This document shows positions 19,978 through 30,678 of a stretch of 64,000 nucleotides of DNA, piece after piece (position 1 is the first letter of the stretch; every line of letters begins with the position of its first letter). The stretch covers positions 198,664-262,663 of the forward strand of contig CAXXFK010000025.1 in assembly GCA_963663965.2 (NCBI GenBank). Direction: 5' to 3'. Below the pieces are notes generated by a model. It did no database searches and was not told the DNA's origin. It was given only the letters and a program-made list of their open reading frames with translations. Both the position numbers and the translations under genes were made by a program. This DNA comes from Sedimentisphaerales bacterium. Its GTDB lineage: Bacteria > Planctomycetota > Phycisphaerae > Sedimentisphaerales > SM23-30.

Positions 19978-21264
19978 GTGTCTGTTAATACTGATGTTAT
20001 AGAAACATTGCGTGAGCGTGGGTTTGTAAGCCAGCTTTCTGATCCTGAATTGGAAAAGAAACTGGCCAGCGAATCGATGATCATTTATGCCGGCTTTGAT
20101 CCAACAGCGGTCAGTCTGCACATTGGCAACCTGTTGCAGATTATGCTGCTGGCCCAGTTTCAACGGCACGGCCACAAGCCAATTGCCCTGGTCGGTGGCG
20201 CAACTGCCATGATCGGTGATCCCAGCGGAAAAAGCGAAGAGCGAAACCTGTTGGACGAAACGACCATCCAAACCAATCTGCAGGGGATCAAGGCCCAACT
20301 TCAGAAGTATCTGGACTTCAGCGACGATCTGACCAACCAGGCCATACTTGTCAACAATTACGACTGGATCGGCCCTTTCAGCTTTATCGAATTCCTGCGA
20401 GATGTGGGCAAATATTTCCGCGTGGGCGAGATGATGGGCAAAGAGTCAGTACGCAAGCGTCTGAACAGCGACGCCGGCATGAGTTTCACGGAATTCAGTT
20501 ATCAACTCCTGCAAGGCTATGACTTTCTGCACCTCTATCGCGAATACAACTGCCAGATCCAATGTGGCGGCGACGATCAATGGGGCAATATCACCGCCGG
20601 TATCGAACTGACACGCAAACTGGCCGGCCAACCGGTTTACGGCCTGACTTCACCCCTGCTGACCACTGCCAACGGCCAGAAATTCGGCAAAACCGAAAAA
20701 GGCACTATCTGGCTCGACGATCAGCTCACCAGCCCCTACGAATTCTATCAATACTTCGTCCGGGTCGATGACCGCGATGTGATCGCTCTGCTCAAACGGT
20801 TTACCTTCCTGCCAATCGAGCAGATCGCAGAACTGGAAGCCGAAGTCACCAACGCTCCGGAAAAACGGACCGCTCAGAAAGTGCTGGCGGAAGAGGTCAC
20901 CCGGCTCGTACACGGCGAGCAGAAACTCCAACTGGCGCTTAACGCCTCCCAGGTATTATTTGGCAAGGAGATCTCCGGACTGAACGATGCCGACCTGAGC
21001 AGCATCTTTGCTGATGTGCCCAGCAAATCCATCGAACGAAATCGTTTGGAAGCCGGCCTGGAATTACTCGACGCCTTGTGTGAATCGGAACTGTGCAAAT
21101 CTCGAGGCGATGCCAAAAAACTGATCAAATCCGGCGGTGTCTATGTGAATAATAAGCGTATTGACGTAATCGATACAATTCTTAAACCCGACGCGCTGGC
21201 CTCTGAAACCATCCTGGTTTTACGCAGCGGCAAGAAAAATTACTGTTTGCTTAAATTCCACTAA
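19978..21264 (+). CDS. tyrS: Tyrosine--tRNA ligase
   Basis: YAGFDPTAVSLHIGN, GGATAMIGDPSG, QCGGDDQWGNI, KFGKT, C-terminal S4 domain ending GKKNY. Confidence 0.97.
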   Translation: MSVNTDVIETLRERGFVSQLSDPELEKKLASESMIIYAGFDPTAVSLHIGNLLQIMLLAQFQRHGHKPIALVGGATAMIGDPSGKSEERNLLDETTIQTNLQGIKAQLQKYLDFSDDLTNQAILVNNYDWIGPFSFIEFLRDVGKYFRVGEMMGKESVRKRLNSDAGMSFTEFSYQLLQGYDFLHLYREYNCQIQCGGDDQWGNITAGIELTRKLAGQPVYGLTSPLLTTANGQKFGKTEKGTIWLDDQLTSPYEFYQYFVRVDDRDVIALLKRFTFLPIEQIAELEAEVTNAPEKRTAQKVLAEEVTRLVHGEQKLQLALNASQVLFGKEISGLNDADLSSIFADVPSKSIERNRLEAGLELLDALCESELCKSRGDAKKLIKSGGVYVNNKRIDVIDTILKPDALASETILVLRSGKKNYCLLKFH

Positions 21265-21276
21265 AAGGAGCGGCCA

Positions 21277-21846
21277 TTGAATTTACTGATAACCGAACAG
21301 ATCGAACCAATCCCGGGCTTGTATGTCGTCAACCTGAACGGCCAGAGCGCCAGCGGCCTGACCGCGGATGAAGTCGCGTTGCTGCTCGATTCCGAACAAT
21401 ACCGGGAAGCGAAAATATACCGGATCGTCCGGGTAACACCTGACGGGAGCATGGAACTGTCCGGAGTATCCCCGGAACGCTTTCAACTGGAAAGCGCCAT
21501 GATCTTTCGCGGTCGTGATGAATCCAGTGTAGAGAACGCATACGATACCCTGATTGACAATGCCGCCGGCCACCCATTTCCCTGTCGCCTGAAATGTCAC
21601 CTGGCGCGTCAAGACGAACAACGCTTATCCATAGCCCTGATTTATCCGGCCGAATACGAGCAGGAACTGGGCCAATGGCTCGCGGACATGAAATTTAAAT
21701 TCGACGGACCGGTGGATGCCGGCGCCAGCGCCGCGGAACAATATTACCGCGACCAGTTGCCCATTATTCGTCAACAGCAATTCTGGCCGGCGTCCCAGTC
21801 CGGGCGCAAACTGGATATCTTGCAGACCCTGTTCAAAACAGCTTAA
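21277..21846 (+). CDS. Hypothetical protein
   Basis: RBS aaggag, host-like codon usage, operonic with tyrS; no recognised motif. Confidence 0.7.
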   Translation: MNLLITEQIEPIPGLYVVNLNGQSASGLTADEVALLLDSEQYREAKIYRIVRVTPDGSMELSGVSPERFQLESAMIFRGRDESSVENAYDTLIDNAAGHPFPCRLKCHLARQDEQRLSIALIYPAEYEQELGQWLADMKFKFDGPVDAGASAAEQYYRDQLPIIRQQQFWPASQSGRKLDILQTLFKTA

Positions 21847-21883
21847 CACCGGATTTCAATTTCAACAGACGATAACAATTACT

Positions 21884-22084
21884 ATGTATCCACCGAGGAA
21901 AAAATGGCGTGGCTGGATCGCGGGGGCCATCATGCGGTTCACGCCAATATCACGCCGCCCCGGGCCAGACCGGTTGCGAAAACTCGATTACAGCGCCAAT
22001 ACCCGCCAAATTGGATTACGTATGACCGAAGGGATACGATCCGCCTGGCGCCGACGCTGGCTTAAATTACGTCCCAAAAATTAA
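21884..22084 (+). CDS. Small basic hypothetical protein (66 aa)
   Basis: ATG at 21884 in the 21716 frame fills the gap before der; MYPPRKKWRGWIAG...WRRRWLKLRPKN. Confidence 0.5.
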   Translation: MYPPRKKWRGWIAGAIMRFTPISRRPGPDRLRKLDYSANTRQIGLRMTEGIRSAWRRRWLKLRPKN

Positions 22085-22134
22085 TTCCTATATCGATTAC
22101 CTGGGACGCCACACCCTTTCAATAAGAAAATTAT

Positions 22135-23478
22135 ATGCCCATACCCACCGTAGCCATTGTTGGCCGACCCAATGTCGGCAAAAGCAGCCTGCTCAATGTC
22201 CTGGCCGGACGCCGGATCAGTATTGTCGAAGATACCCCCGGTGTCACCCGCGACCGGATCAGTGCCCTGATCGAATTAAACGGCCAGTATTTTGAACTGG
22301 TCGATACCGGCGGTTATGGTATCGAAGACCATGACAACCTGACTGAACATGTCGAAAACCAGATCCAGATGGCGCTGAACCGCGCCGACCTGGTCTTGTT
22401 TGTCGTCGATATCCGGGATGGCATCGTTGCACTTGACCAAAAGGTCGCCCAACTCCTGCGTAAGCAAAACCTGAACGTGCTGCTGGTGGCGAACAAGGCC
22501 GATTCACACACCCTGGATGGCCAGGCAGGCGAGTTTTTTAAACTGGGCTTCGATAAACCGTTGTGCGTTTCGGCCCAGCATGGCCGCAACCGCCAGTTGC
22601 TGGTGGAATATATCCTGAAACGACTGGAAGGACTGGATACCACCCGGCCGGAAGATGAAGTCATGAAGCTGGCGGTGGTCGGCAAGCGTAATGCCGGCAA
22701 GAGCACCTTCATCAATTCACTGGCCGGCGAACAACGCGTCATTGTCAGCGAGGTGCCCGGTACGACACGCGACTCGGTCGATGTCGCATTCGAAATGGGG
22801 GGGCGTAAATTCGTCGCAATCGATACGGCCGGTGTCCGCAAAAAAAACAAAATGAACGACCAGAATGGTATTGAATTTTACAGTTATACCCGCGCGCTGG
22901 AATCAATCCGGCGCGCCGATGTCGTTTTATTTTTCATTGACGCCACACTGCCGCTGTCACAGGTTGACAAAAAGCTCGCCCGCATTGTCTCGGACGAATA
23001 CAAACCCTGCATTGTTGTTTTTAACAAATGGGATCTGGCCAAAGACCACGCCGACACGGATGACTATGTCGAGTATATGAACAAGGTCATGACCGGTATG
23101 AGTTATGCCCCGATCTGTTTTGTCACAGCCTCTGAAGGCAAAAACCTGCAATCGCTGGTCGATCTGGCAACCAATCTTTTCAAACAGTCGCGCACCAAGG
23201 TTGCCACCGGAAAACTGAATAAAGTCATCAAGGCCATTACGGACGAACGCGCTCCCTCGATCCGCAAAAAAGTGGGATTCCCCCGGATTTATTACGCAAC
23301 CCAGATCGCAGTCGCCCCACCCACCATTTTACTGTTTGTCAATAAACCTCAGGCCCTGGATGAAAACTACCGCCGCTTCCTGCTTAACCGTTTCCGCGAT
23401 GAGTTGCCATTTGCCGAAGTTCCGATCCGCCTGATGCTGCGTCATCATCGCGAACAGCACGAACCGATTGAAGCGTAA
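22135..23478 (+). CDS. der: Ribosome biogenesis GTPase Der (EngA)
   Basis: Two G domains (GRPNVGKS/DTGG/NKAD and GKRNAGKS/DTAG/NKWD) plus KH-like tail. Confidence 0.97.
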   Translation: MPIPTVAIVGRPNVGKSSLLNVLAGRRISIVEDTPGVTRDRISALIELNGQYFELVDTGGYGIEDHDNLTEHVENQIQMALNRADLVLFVVDIRDGIVALDQKVAQLLRKQNLNVLLVANKADSHTLDGQAGEFFKLGFDKPLCVSAQHGRNRQLLVEYILKRLEGLDTTRPEDEVMKLAVVGKRNAGKSTFINSLAGEQRVIVSEVPGTTRDSVDVAFEMGGRKFVAIDTAGVRKKNKMNDQNGIEFYSYTRALESIRRADVVLFFIDATLPLSQVDKKLARIVSDEYKPCIVVFNKWDLAKDHADTDDYVEYMNKVMTGMSYAPICFVTASEGKNLQSLVDLATNLFKQSRTKVATGKLNKVIKAITDERAPSIRKKVGFPRIYYATQIAVAPPTILLFVNKPQALDENYRRFLLNRFRDELPFAEVPIRLMLRHHREQHEPIEA

Positions 23479-23593
23479 CGACTCCGTTCCACATACCCCC
23501 TTATTCCGGCAATGCGATCGGGATATCAAAAAAACGGCGATACCGTAAACACGCTATCGCCAGATATCAACCATTCCTCCTTCTTTTTAAATT

Positions 23594-23610
23594 TATACCC
23601 ATCGGGTATA
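23594..23610. repeat. Remnant end of the ERIC-like MITE
   Basis: tatacccatcgggtata palindrome resembles the right end of 35063-35167 (catacccattgggtata). Confidence 0.45.
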
Positions 23611-23703
23611 GAAATAGCGGATTGCTCACGAGCTGAGTGTCACTCATAAAAGACTTAAGGGTACATTCAGGGCTGCAAACGGACATTTACCCTCGTCAGC
23701 AGT

Positions 23704-24645
23704 CTAATTGCGACGCCTTACCGTTAACGCTCCTCCCAATCCCAGTAATAATAAACTGATGGGCTCCGGAATGTAATTCAGCGCCACACCATTCTGATAA
23801 CTTAATGAATAATCATAGCCGGCGCCATCATAATCCAGTGAGACTATCGCTCCTTCCAGCGCCGCGATTCCATTGATCGTATCAAACATGCCATCTACGT
23901 CGCCATCGATCAGGAGGATATCGGAAGCAGTCGGCATAGCCGTCAGAGTAACCAGCAATGCGCTTGTTGAAGCATCGCCACCGGAATCAATACTAATCGT
24001 TCCGGAGATTCTAATGGGACTGACGCCGGCCGCGCCAACCTCATAAGCAATGGTGCCAGTACCAGGATTACCCCCACTGGAATCTTTGGCGCCAACGTAC
24101 ATCCGGCTGAAATTTAATGCGGCATCTGCGCCTGAAATGGTCAAAGTACCGACGGAGCCATCCGCGCCGTTGCCACCGATATATAAGTCGCCATCACCAG
24201 AAACCATACCGCCACTTATTGTCATCGCGCCCGTTCCTGCTTTATAGCCCAGTATCAGGTCGCCACTATTGACAAGCGCCAGCTCGCCACCAGTCATATT
24301 TAAATATCCCAGATCACCGGCCCCGGTAGTACCCAACGCGCCAACTCGAATTTCTTTCTGTGAACGTAAAACACCCCCACTAACGATTTCGAGAGTCGCA
24401 CCTGAATCCGGCCCGCTGGCAATACTGATTTTCTGAGTATGCACCGTTGCCAGATCGGTATCGACAGTACACACGCCGCCTTCTTTGGTAATTTTAATTT
24501 CCGTGGTATCATCGGGCACGATACCCGCGTTCCAGAGCGTCGGATCTGACCAGGAACCGGATTCACCCGTCCAGGAGATCGAAGCTGATACATCGCAACT
24601 GAATAACGCCACCAGACACACCAATCCAAAAAACAAATTCTTCAT
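23704..24645 (-). CDS. PEP-CTERM sorting-domain protein, Gly-rich
   Basis: Signal peptide; C-terminus IPEP + TM + RRRN. Confidence 0.9.
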   Translation of the reverse strand: MKNLFFGLVCLVALFSCDVSASISWTGESGSWSDPTLWNAGIVPDDTTEIKITKEGGVCTVDTDLATVHTQKISIASGPDSGATLEIVSGGVLRSQKEIRVGALGTTGAGDLGYLNMTGGELALVNSGDLILGYKAGTGAMTISGGMVSGDGDLYIGGNGADGSVGTLTISGADAALNFSRMYVGAKDSSGGNPGTGTIAYEVGAAGVSPIRISGTISIDSGGDASTSALLVTLTAMPTASDILLIDGDVDGMFDTINGIAALEGAIVSLDYDGAGYDYSLSYQNGVALNYIPEPISLLLLGLGGALTVRRRN

Positions 24646-25049
24646 TACAACATCCTCCACATAAATGGAACACCATTAAGAATATTAAAATCAATTGGAT
24701 ACCTTATCCAATTTGATAAACTAATTTATTCCATTGCGTTCTCCGACACGCTCTCATTTCCACACCAAAATAAAAAACACAAAATGACCGCTTCAACGCA
24801 TCCGCAACAAAAATCAACCAATTTTATTTCAAACCAAATTAAACTATCAGCCGATTTCAAAGACCAAACGAGCGCCAATTTGTTCATCCTATGACAATGG
24901 CCACTAAATATCATAATAACTCAAAACATGATTTATTTGCAACTCAAAAGCCCATAAATCAATAATTTTTTATAACACCTTCATAAGCCGTCAGTTACAA
25001 AACAGTACCTGTCCTTTTGTCAACATGGCCCAGTGACAATCAGGCCATG

Positions 25050-26183
25050 TTAAGGCAATTCCATCAGATGTTCTACCACCTCAATACTTGCCCTGGGATG
25101 CGCCAGGCGACGTGCGTTGGCCTGCATAGTAGTCAGACGGTCGGATTCATCCAGTAACCGGTTGATTTTGTAGGCCAGGGTCTCGGCGCTATTGCAGCAG
25201 ATCGCCGCCCCTTCTTCCAGCAGATGATTGCTGTTACGCTGCTCCTGCCCCGGAATCGGGTTGACGATGACCATGGCCAGTTCGCGTGCCAGCGCTTCTG
25301 AAAGAGTTAACCCGCCGCTTTTGCCGATCAGGATATCCGCCGCTGCCATATATTCATCCATCTGATTGGTAAAGCCAATCGCCTTTACTGACACATGAGG
25401 GAGTTTTTGCAGTGGATGATCCGGGTCATTGATCTGACGGGCCAGTTTGTGATTATGGCCGCAAATCACGACTACCTGACAAGGTTGGCTGAGATTTTTC
25501 AGATCATTCAGCCAAAGAGCCACCGGCCCCCTTCCATGGCCACCGGTACTGAACAGGATAATGGTCTTGTCAGGGACCAGTTCCAGTTTCTCCCGCATCT
25601 CCATTTTGTGCTTTGTTTCAGCAAACACCGGATCGATCGGAATTCCTGAAACCACGATTCGTTCCGGATCGATTCCCTGGGCCTCCAGATAGATGCGGCT
25701 TTCTTCCATCGCGACAAAATAGCGATCATAATGATGACACAACCACCAGGCATGCGGATCGATATCGGTAATGACCACCGCATGTTTTGCGTGTAACCGG
25801 CCGCGTCCTTTCAACCATGAAACCACCTCAACCGGCAAAAAATGGGTACAGATAATCAGGTCGGGCTGACTGCGTTTCAGCATGCGAAAGAAGCGGCGGG
25901 TATTGAGCCAGGTCATGATCAGGCGCTGTTTTTCCCTTCGCCAGGGTTTATCGGACCGGTTGTATAAACTGCCAAAAAAATTGGGATATCGATGTGCCGC
26001 CAGCAGATAGCCCTTGGAATACACGGTCCGAAATACCGGATTGGCAAAACGCAAGGCATCAATATGCTCAACCTGACCGGCCTGGCCGCTGGCCAGCAGG
26101 GCCTTTTCGATCGCCTGGCCGGCGCGAATATGTCCCACTCCGGCCGAAGCCGATAAGATCATGACTTTTTCGTATCGCATCAT
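25050..26183 (-). CDS. MGDG synthase / UgtP-like diacylglycerol glycosyltransferase (GT28)
   Basis: SASAGVGH, CTHFLP, VITD...HAWW, GIPIDPVF, KSGGLTLSEA, PIPGQEQRN. Confidence 0.9.
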   Translation of the reverse strand: MMRYEKVMILSASAGVGHIRAGQAIEKALLASGQAGQVEHIDALRFANPVFRTVYSKGYLLAAHRYPNFFGSLYNRSDKPWRREKQRLIMTWLNTRRFFRMLKRSQPDLIICTHFLPVEVVSWLKGRGRLHAKHAVVITDIDPHAWWLCHHYDRYFVAMEESRIYLEAQGIDPERIVVSGIPIDPVFAETKHKMEMREKLELVPDKTIILFSTGGHGRGPVALWLNDLKNLSQPCQVVVICGHNHKLARQINDPDHPLQKLPHVSVKAIGFTNQMDEYMAAADILIGKSGGLTLSEALARELAMVIVNPIPGQEQRNSNHLLEEGAAICCNSAETLAYKINRLLDESDRLTTMQANARRLAHPRASIEVVEHLMELP

Positions 26184-26285
26184 GTGCCTCTATGAGCCGA
26201 TATTGCCTCGCTATGAAAAAGACACTATAACGGTCTCTCCAACTGAAATCAAACGGTTTTCCATTGTGATCTCATCGAGCACACA

Positions 26286-28769
26286 CTAAACGGATTTACT
26301 GGTCGTACGCCGGGGTGTAATCGAAAAAGGGATCGAATCGAAAAAATCGTTATCAGCGACAGGAACGTCCGTGCGATAATAGCAGGTCCAGTACTGATCA
26401 AAACTCTTCTTTAACGAACGTGATTCCGCATATTGACGGGCGGCCCGCCCCATCTGGCGCATCATGACCGGCCGGCTTATCATCCGTTTAATTCCCAGGT
26501 AGAGCGCTTCAACATCATCTCCTTTAACAATAATGCCCGTCTCATTGGGGATCAGATTTTCCTGAGGCCCGCCCACATCGGTTACTACCACAGGCAGACC
26601 GCTGGCCTGAGCTTCCAGGACCACATTGCCAAAAGTATCTGTGGTACTGGGAAAGACAAACAAATCACAAGCCGGATAGATTTCAGCTATTTCCCGGCCC
26701 TGTAAATAACCGGTGAAGTGAGTGGGGGTATCGGCCAGATGCCGCTTCATCTCCTTAAAATAGGGGCCATCGCCGGCAATGACCAGTCCGACATGCGGCA
26801 TCTCCTTGTGGATCCGTTTAAACGCCGCCTCCAGAACAGGCAGATTCTTTTCTTTTGAAATTCGGCCGGTATATAACAAGCGGATCTGCCCGGGCAGTTC
26901 CGACCCACGGTACTGGTTATCCGGGTTGAATTTATCGGTATCGACGCCACGCGGCATCATGCGGATTTTCTCCGGTTTGATTCCCCTTTCCACTAACTCA
27001 CTGAAGGTCGCACAGGATGAGGCGAAAATAGTATCACACTGATTATAAAACCAGATCATATACTTCCAGGCCAGGTCTTCGATCATCTTATCGCCGGTCA
27101 GGCACCCAACGTATTGCGGGAAGGCGGTATGATACGTGCTATAGAACGGCAATTTCATAATCCGGGCGATCAGTAAAGCACTTAATCCGATCAGACCGGG
27201 GGTCGCGCCATGGATATGAGTCAGATTTTTCTGATAGCAATATTGCAGCATTTCCAACAGCGGCGGAATGTAATTTTTCTGACCGGGATATTCAGGCATC
27301 TCCATGGAACTGATCGGCTGGAAATATTTGACATTGCCTTTACGATGAACATCAGTCATACTTTCGGCACAGGAGATCACGGTAAAGTCTTTTCCGGTTT
27401 CATACGCCATAACGGCCTGATTCCTTAAGGTCAGGGCAACCCCGTTAATATCATTCAAAGTATCAGTAAACAGCCCGACACGGGGTTGCTGGAAGAGCGC
27501 TTCCGGTATGGAAAACTCTTCGGCAACCTTCTCGCTGAAGCGTCGGGTTTTACTGTAAACGGCATGGGAAATAAAACAGGGAGCCATCAACGCGTAAAGC
27601 GACAGCGCCGAACTGGCGGTCTCGAAGAGTTCAAACAGACGATAGTGCTGTAAACGATCCAGGGCGCTGGCTCCCAATTGTTTCAGCAGATTATTACTGA
27701 TCTTATTGACGAAACGAAACCAGTAACGTTCTTTTTCGTGAAAGGACAGCGGCTCTCGCATCATAACATCAGACAACCCCTTGTCCTGGGTAACAATCCG
27801 ATAGGCTTCCTGATGCAGCATATCGATGACGCCGGTATCTTTTTCTGAGGGTTGTGGACCATTGCCATGCTTCCATTTATAAAAGAGGCGATGCAGTAAC
27901 GTGGAGTTTTTCGGTCGCGACCGTTGCAGCATACGATCCAGAAACCTGACAATATCATGATAATCCTTGGCCCGGGACAGATTAAATTGTTTGTCATAAA
28001 ATTGATAAGCTACTCCATATATGGCATGCGCCATGGTCTCTGGAGAGGATTCCGCCACAGTACAGGGAATCGTCCGTCCCTCCCGGAATCCCTGCCAGAA
28101 GCCGGCCAGAGTCGCGGCGTCTTTTACCTCGGTATAATGACGCGCGACATTCAACGAGCTATGGTCATCCGAACCACAAGTCAGATACTTGACCCAGGGC
28201 CGGTCGTCATGATCAGGAAACAGATCGTGTTTTTCCGCCAGATTGCGGATATCCTTGGCGGTCAGGTTCTGGACGATCGCCCGTAACATCTGAGACGTGT
28301 TGGGGTCTTCATCACCATTGAGTTCCAGATGCTTGAACAAAAGCAGGCATCGCTCGAAATGGTCCGTAGTCAGGCAGTCATTCACCGCGTAAAACGGATG
28401 CGCCAGCACATGACAAATATTCTCCCGGCGACAGAACGCCACCAGATCATACACATTTTCCCGCAAACGATCAATTTCACGATACTGGGCTTCGCTGATA
28501 GCATAAACCAGTACATGCAACTTACATTGGTCTTCCGGGAAATAAGCCGTCACTTCACAACTGATGAAGGTATCGGGTAGATTAGCGATTTCCAGGCATC
28601 CTTCAATCGAATTATGATCGGTAATGGTCACGGCATCCATACCCCGCTCTTTTGCCAGGTTATACAGATCGAGTGGTTCAGTGAAACTCTCCGCGCACCC
28701 AATTTTATTCAACAGCCAGATTGATGATCTGGTGGAATATTTCGAATGGACATGCATATCAATTTTCAT
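26286..28769 (-). CDS. PHP phosphoesterase domain fused to a GT4 glycosyltransferase
   Basis: N-terminal DMHVHS, TITDHN, LAHP, GSDDH; C-terminal FTDT...NGV, GRISKEKN, FPSTTDTFGNVVLEAQASGLP. Confidence 0.88.
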   Translation of the reverse strand: MKIDMHVHSKYSTRSSIWLLNKIGCAESFTEPLDLYNLAKERGMDAVTITDHNSIEGCLEIANLPDTFISCEVTAYFPEDQCKLHVLVYAISEAQYREIDRLRENVYDLVAFCRRENICHVLAHPFYAVNDCLTTDHFERCLLLFKHLELNGDEDPNTSQMLRAIVQNLTAKDIRNLAEKHDLFPDHDDRPWVKYLTCGSDDHSSLNVARHYTEVKDAATLAGFWQGFREGRTIPCTVAESSPETMAHAIYGVAYQFYDKQFNLSRAKDYHDIVRFLDRMLQRSRPKNSTLLHRLFYKWKHGNGPQPSEKDTGVIDMLHQEAYRIVTQDKGLSDVMMREPLSFHEKERYWFRFVNKISNNLLKQLGASALDRLQHYRLFELFETASSALSLYALMAPCFISHAVYSKTRRFSEKVAEEFSIPEALFQQPRVGLFTDTLNDINGVALTLRNQAVMAYETGKDFTVISCAESMTDVHRKGNVKYFQPISSMEMPEYPGQKNYIPPLLEMLQYCYQKNLTHIHGATPGLIGLSALLIARIMKLPFYSTYHTAFPQYVGCLTGDKMIEDLAWKYMIWFYNQCDTIFASSCATFSELVERGIKPEKIRMMPRGVDTDKFNPDNQYRGSELPGQIRLLYTGRISKEKNLPVLEAAFKRIHKEMPHVGLVIAGDGPYFKEMKRHLADTPTHFTGYLQGREIAEIYPACDLFVFPSTTDTFGNVVLEAQASGLPVVVTDVGGPQENLIPNETGIIVKGDDVEALYLGIKRMISRPVMMRQMGRAARQYAESRSLKKSFDQYWTCYYRTDVPVADNDFFDSIPFSITPRRTTSKSV

Positions 28770-28832
28770 AACAATCTCCAGTTCAAATTTTCCTGTTTAC
28801 ATTTTCTCTTTTCCCATTACTTACGGCTCCTC

Positions 28833-30296
28833 TTATATCACCTGTCGGTCGTATGCGGCCTTTCGATCGGCGGGCCGGGTTTCCGATGGCAATATCACTG
28901 ACGCCTGCTTCATAACATCCTGAGCGTCATGTGTTTTTTTGTCAGATATTGGCTCATTTCTGAAAGCGGCCAGCCGCTGAGAATCTGCGGGTTTCCGGCC
29001 ACAGAAATAATCACAAGCCCGGTAGTAGGCCAGATCGGTTCGCCAGTAACGGTAGGCCTCCGGATCACTCTTGAATTTCTTCCATGTTTGGATGGGATGA
29101 CGCAATCCTTCCAGTAAAGGTCCCATCAATTCCCCCGGATCTCGAAAACATTCCCAGTCACACTGCCGGCAGAACGGTTTTTCTTTGATCGCCGACACAT
29201 TCAGGTCCCAGAATTTGCCCAGATTATCGCCGCCGCGAAATCCGCAGGGATAGGTATCGCCCGATCTGGCATCCACAAAAAAATAATCAATCCCGCCGCG
29301 ACAGGGATAGCCCGCACTCACATTGCCGCCATAAAATTTGCTTAGCGTATACAGACTGGTTTGCGGGGTAAAAATCCGAAGTCGCGAACGGTATTGCGGT
29401 ATGGTATCCAATAACGCCTCGAATAACCGGACTTTTTCGGCGGCGGAAAACGACACAATACGATCGGCGCTGGAGGCGCCATAGACATTGCTTAAATCCT
29501 CCTTGTCCTCACTCTGGATACTCATGGGATAGCAGGCATTGGTAATGGTAAATCCCAGATTCGTGACAAACTCATAAAAGCGCCCGAATCCCTGACGATA
29601 CAGATCGTAAAATAAATCCAGATCCAGCTCCGGCCGGTTCAGCTCTTCATACTCCTGACAATCGCCGATAATATTCCGATTGATACCCAGATTGGCGGCT
29701 GGATAAATGCCATATTCATGAAAGATGGGCAAAGCCCGTTCAATCCCTTTGATCACTCCCGGTAAGCCACGCATTTGTTCATGAACTTCCGGTACACACG
29801 AATCAATACTGATCCAGAAGGTATAAAGATCCGTTTTTGCCAGTTCTTCTGCCAGAACCCGGATCCGTTTCTCCCAGAGATGCGGCTGTTTTTCAATAAA
29901 GAGATACCCATTCGTTCCAGTCCGGATGTAGTCAATACCGGCCTGGCTGGCATAACGGATTAATTCGATAATTTCTTTACGATACAATAAGGGTTCACCG
30001 CCGGTAAATGATAGTGACTGAACTCCGTTCCGCACGGCGCTGTCAATCATACGTTTGGTATCTTCCATACCGATCTTCGATCGCACAAATGACGAAGTAA
30101 CCCTTAATTCGCATTGAGGACAGGTTGCATTGCAGGCGTCAGAATATTGAATAATTAATTGGCCCGGCGAGCGCCCGCCCTGAAAAAGCATCCTGGTAAG
30201 TTTTCCACTGATATTATTTCCTTTTTTCAAAATCCACCTGCTGGTGACTCTTTCCTGTTGAACCAGTAAACCTGATTCAGACTGAGAAATTTTCAC
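28833..30296 (-). CDS. Radical SAM protein with C-terminal SPASM/twitch-like cysteines
   Basis: CNATCPQC, FTGGEPLL, TNG, ISID; CRGG...YPC...CRQCDWEC. Start uncertain. Confidence 0.88.
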   Translation of the reverse strand: MKISQSESGLLVQQERVTSRWILKKGNNISGKLTRMLFQGGRSPGQLIIQYSDACNATCPQCELRVTSSFVRSKIGMEDTKRMIDSAVRNGVQSLSFTGGEPLLYRKEIIELIRYASQAGIDYIRTGTNGYLFIEKQPHLWEKRIRVLAEELAKTDLYTFWISIDSCVPEVHEQMRGLPGVIKGIERALPIFHEYGIYPAANLGINRNIIGDCQEYEELNRPELDLDLFYDLYRQGFGRFYEFVTNLGFTITNACYPMSIQSEDKEDLSNVYGASSADRIVSFSAAEKVRLFEALLDTIPQYRSRLRIFTPQTSLYTLSKFYGGNVSAGYPCRGGIDYFFVDARSGDTYPCGFRGGDNLGKFWDLNVSAIKEKPFCRQCDWECFRDPGELMGPLLEGLRHPIQTWKKFKSDPEAYRYWRTDLAYYRACDYFCGRKPADSQRLAAFRNEPISDKKTHDAQDVMKQASVILPSETRPADRKAAYDRQVI

Positions 30297-30678
30297 TTTT
30301 GTGCCAATTACTTTGTTTACATATTAACTATGCTGTATTCTTAGACGCATAACGGACAACGTATTACAAGAAAATCGTCCATATAACAAATGAGCCATCA
30401 CCTCTTATAAGAGTATGCGCAGAAATTATTTACCGAAAATTTAATCTTCATTAAGATTTCGTTAGTGCTATTTAATTTATGTGTTTTAGAACCGACAAAT
30501 CCAATTTTTTTACATTAATTTCATTTTCCTGCTTTTAGGCGACTCAGTGCGTAATTTGGGCTGAATTCGTGCGATTCGTGATTCATCATAACATGACATG
30601 TTTATTTTGGGTTGCGGCTTGACCGCCCTGAGTATTTCCCGGAACAGATAACAATCCCTGCTCGATGGACAAGATGAC

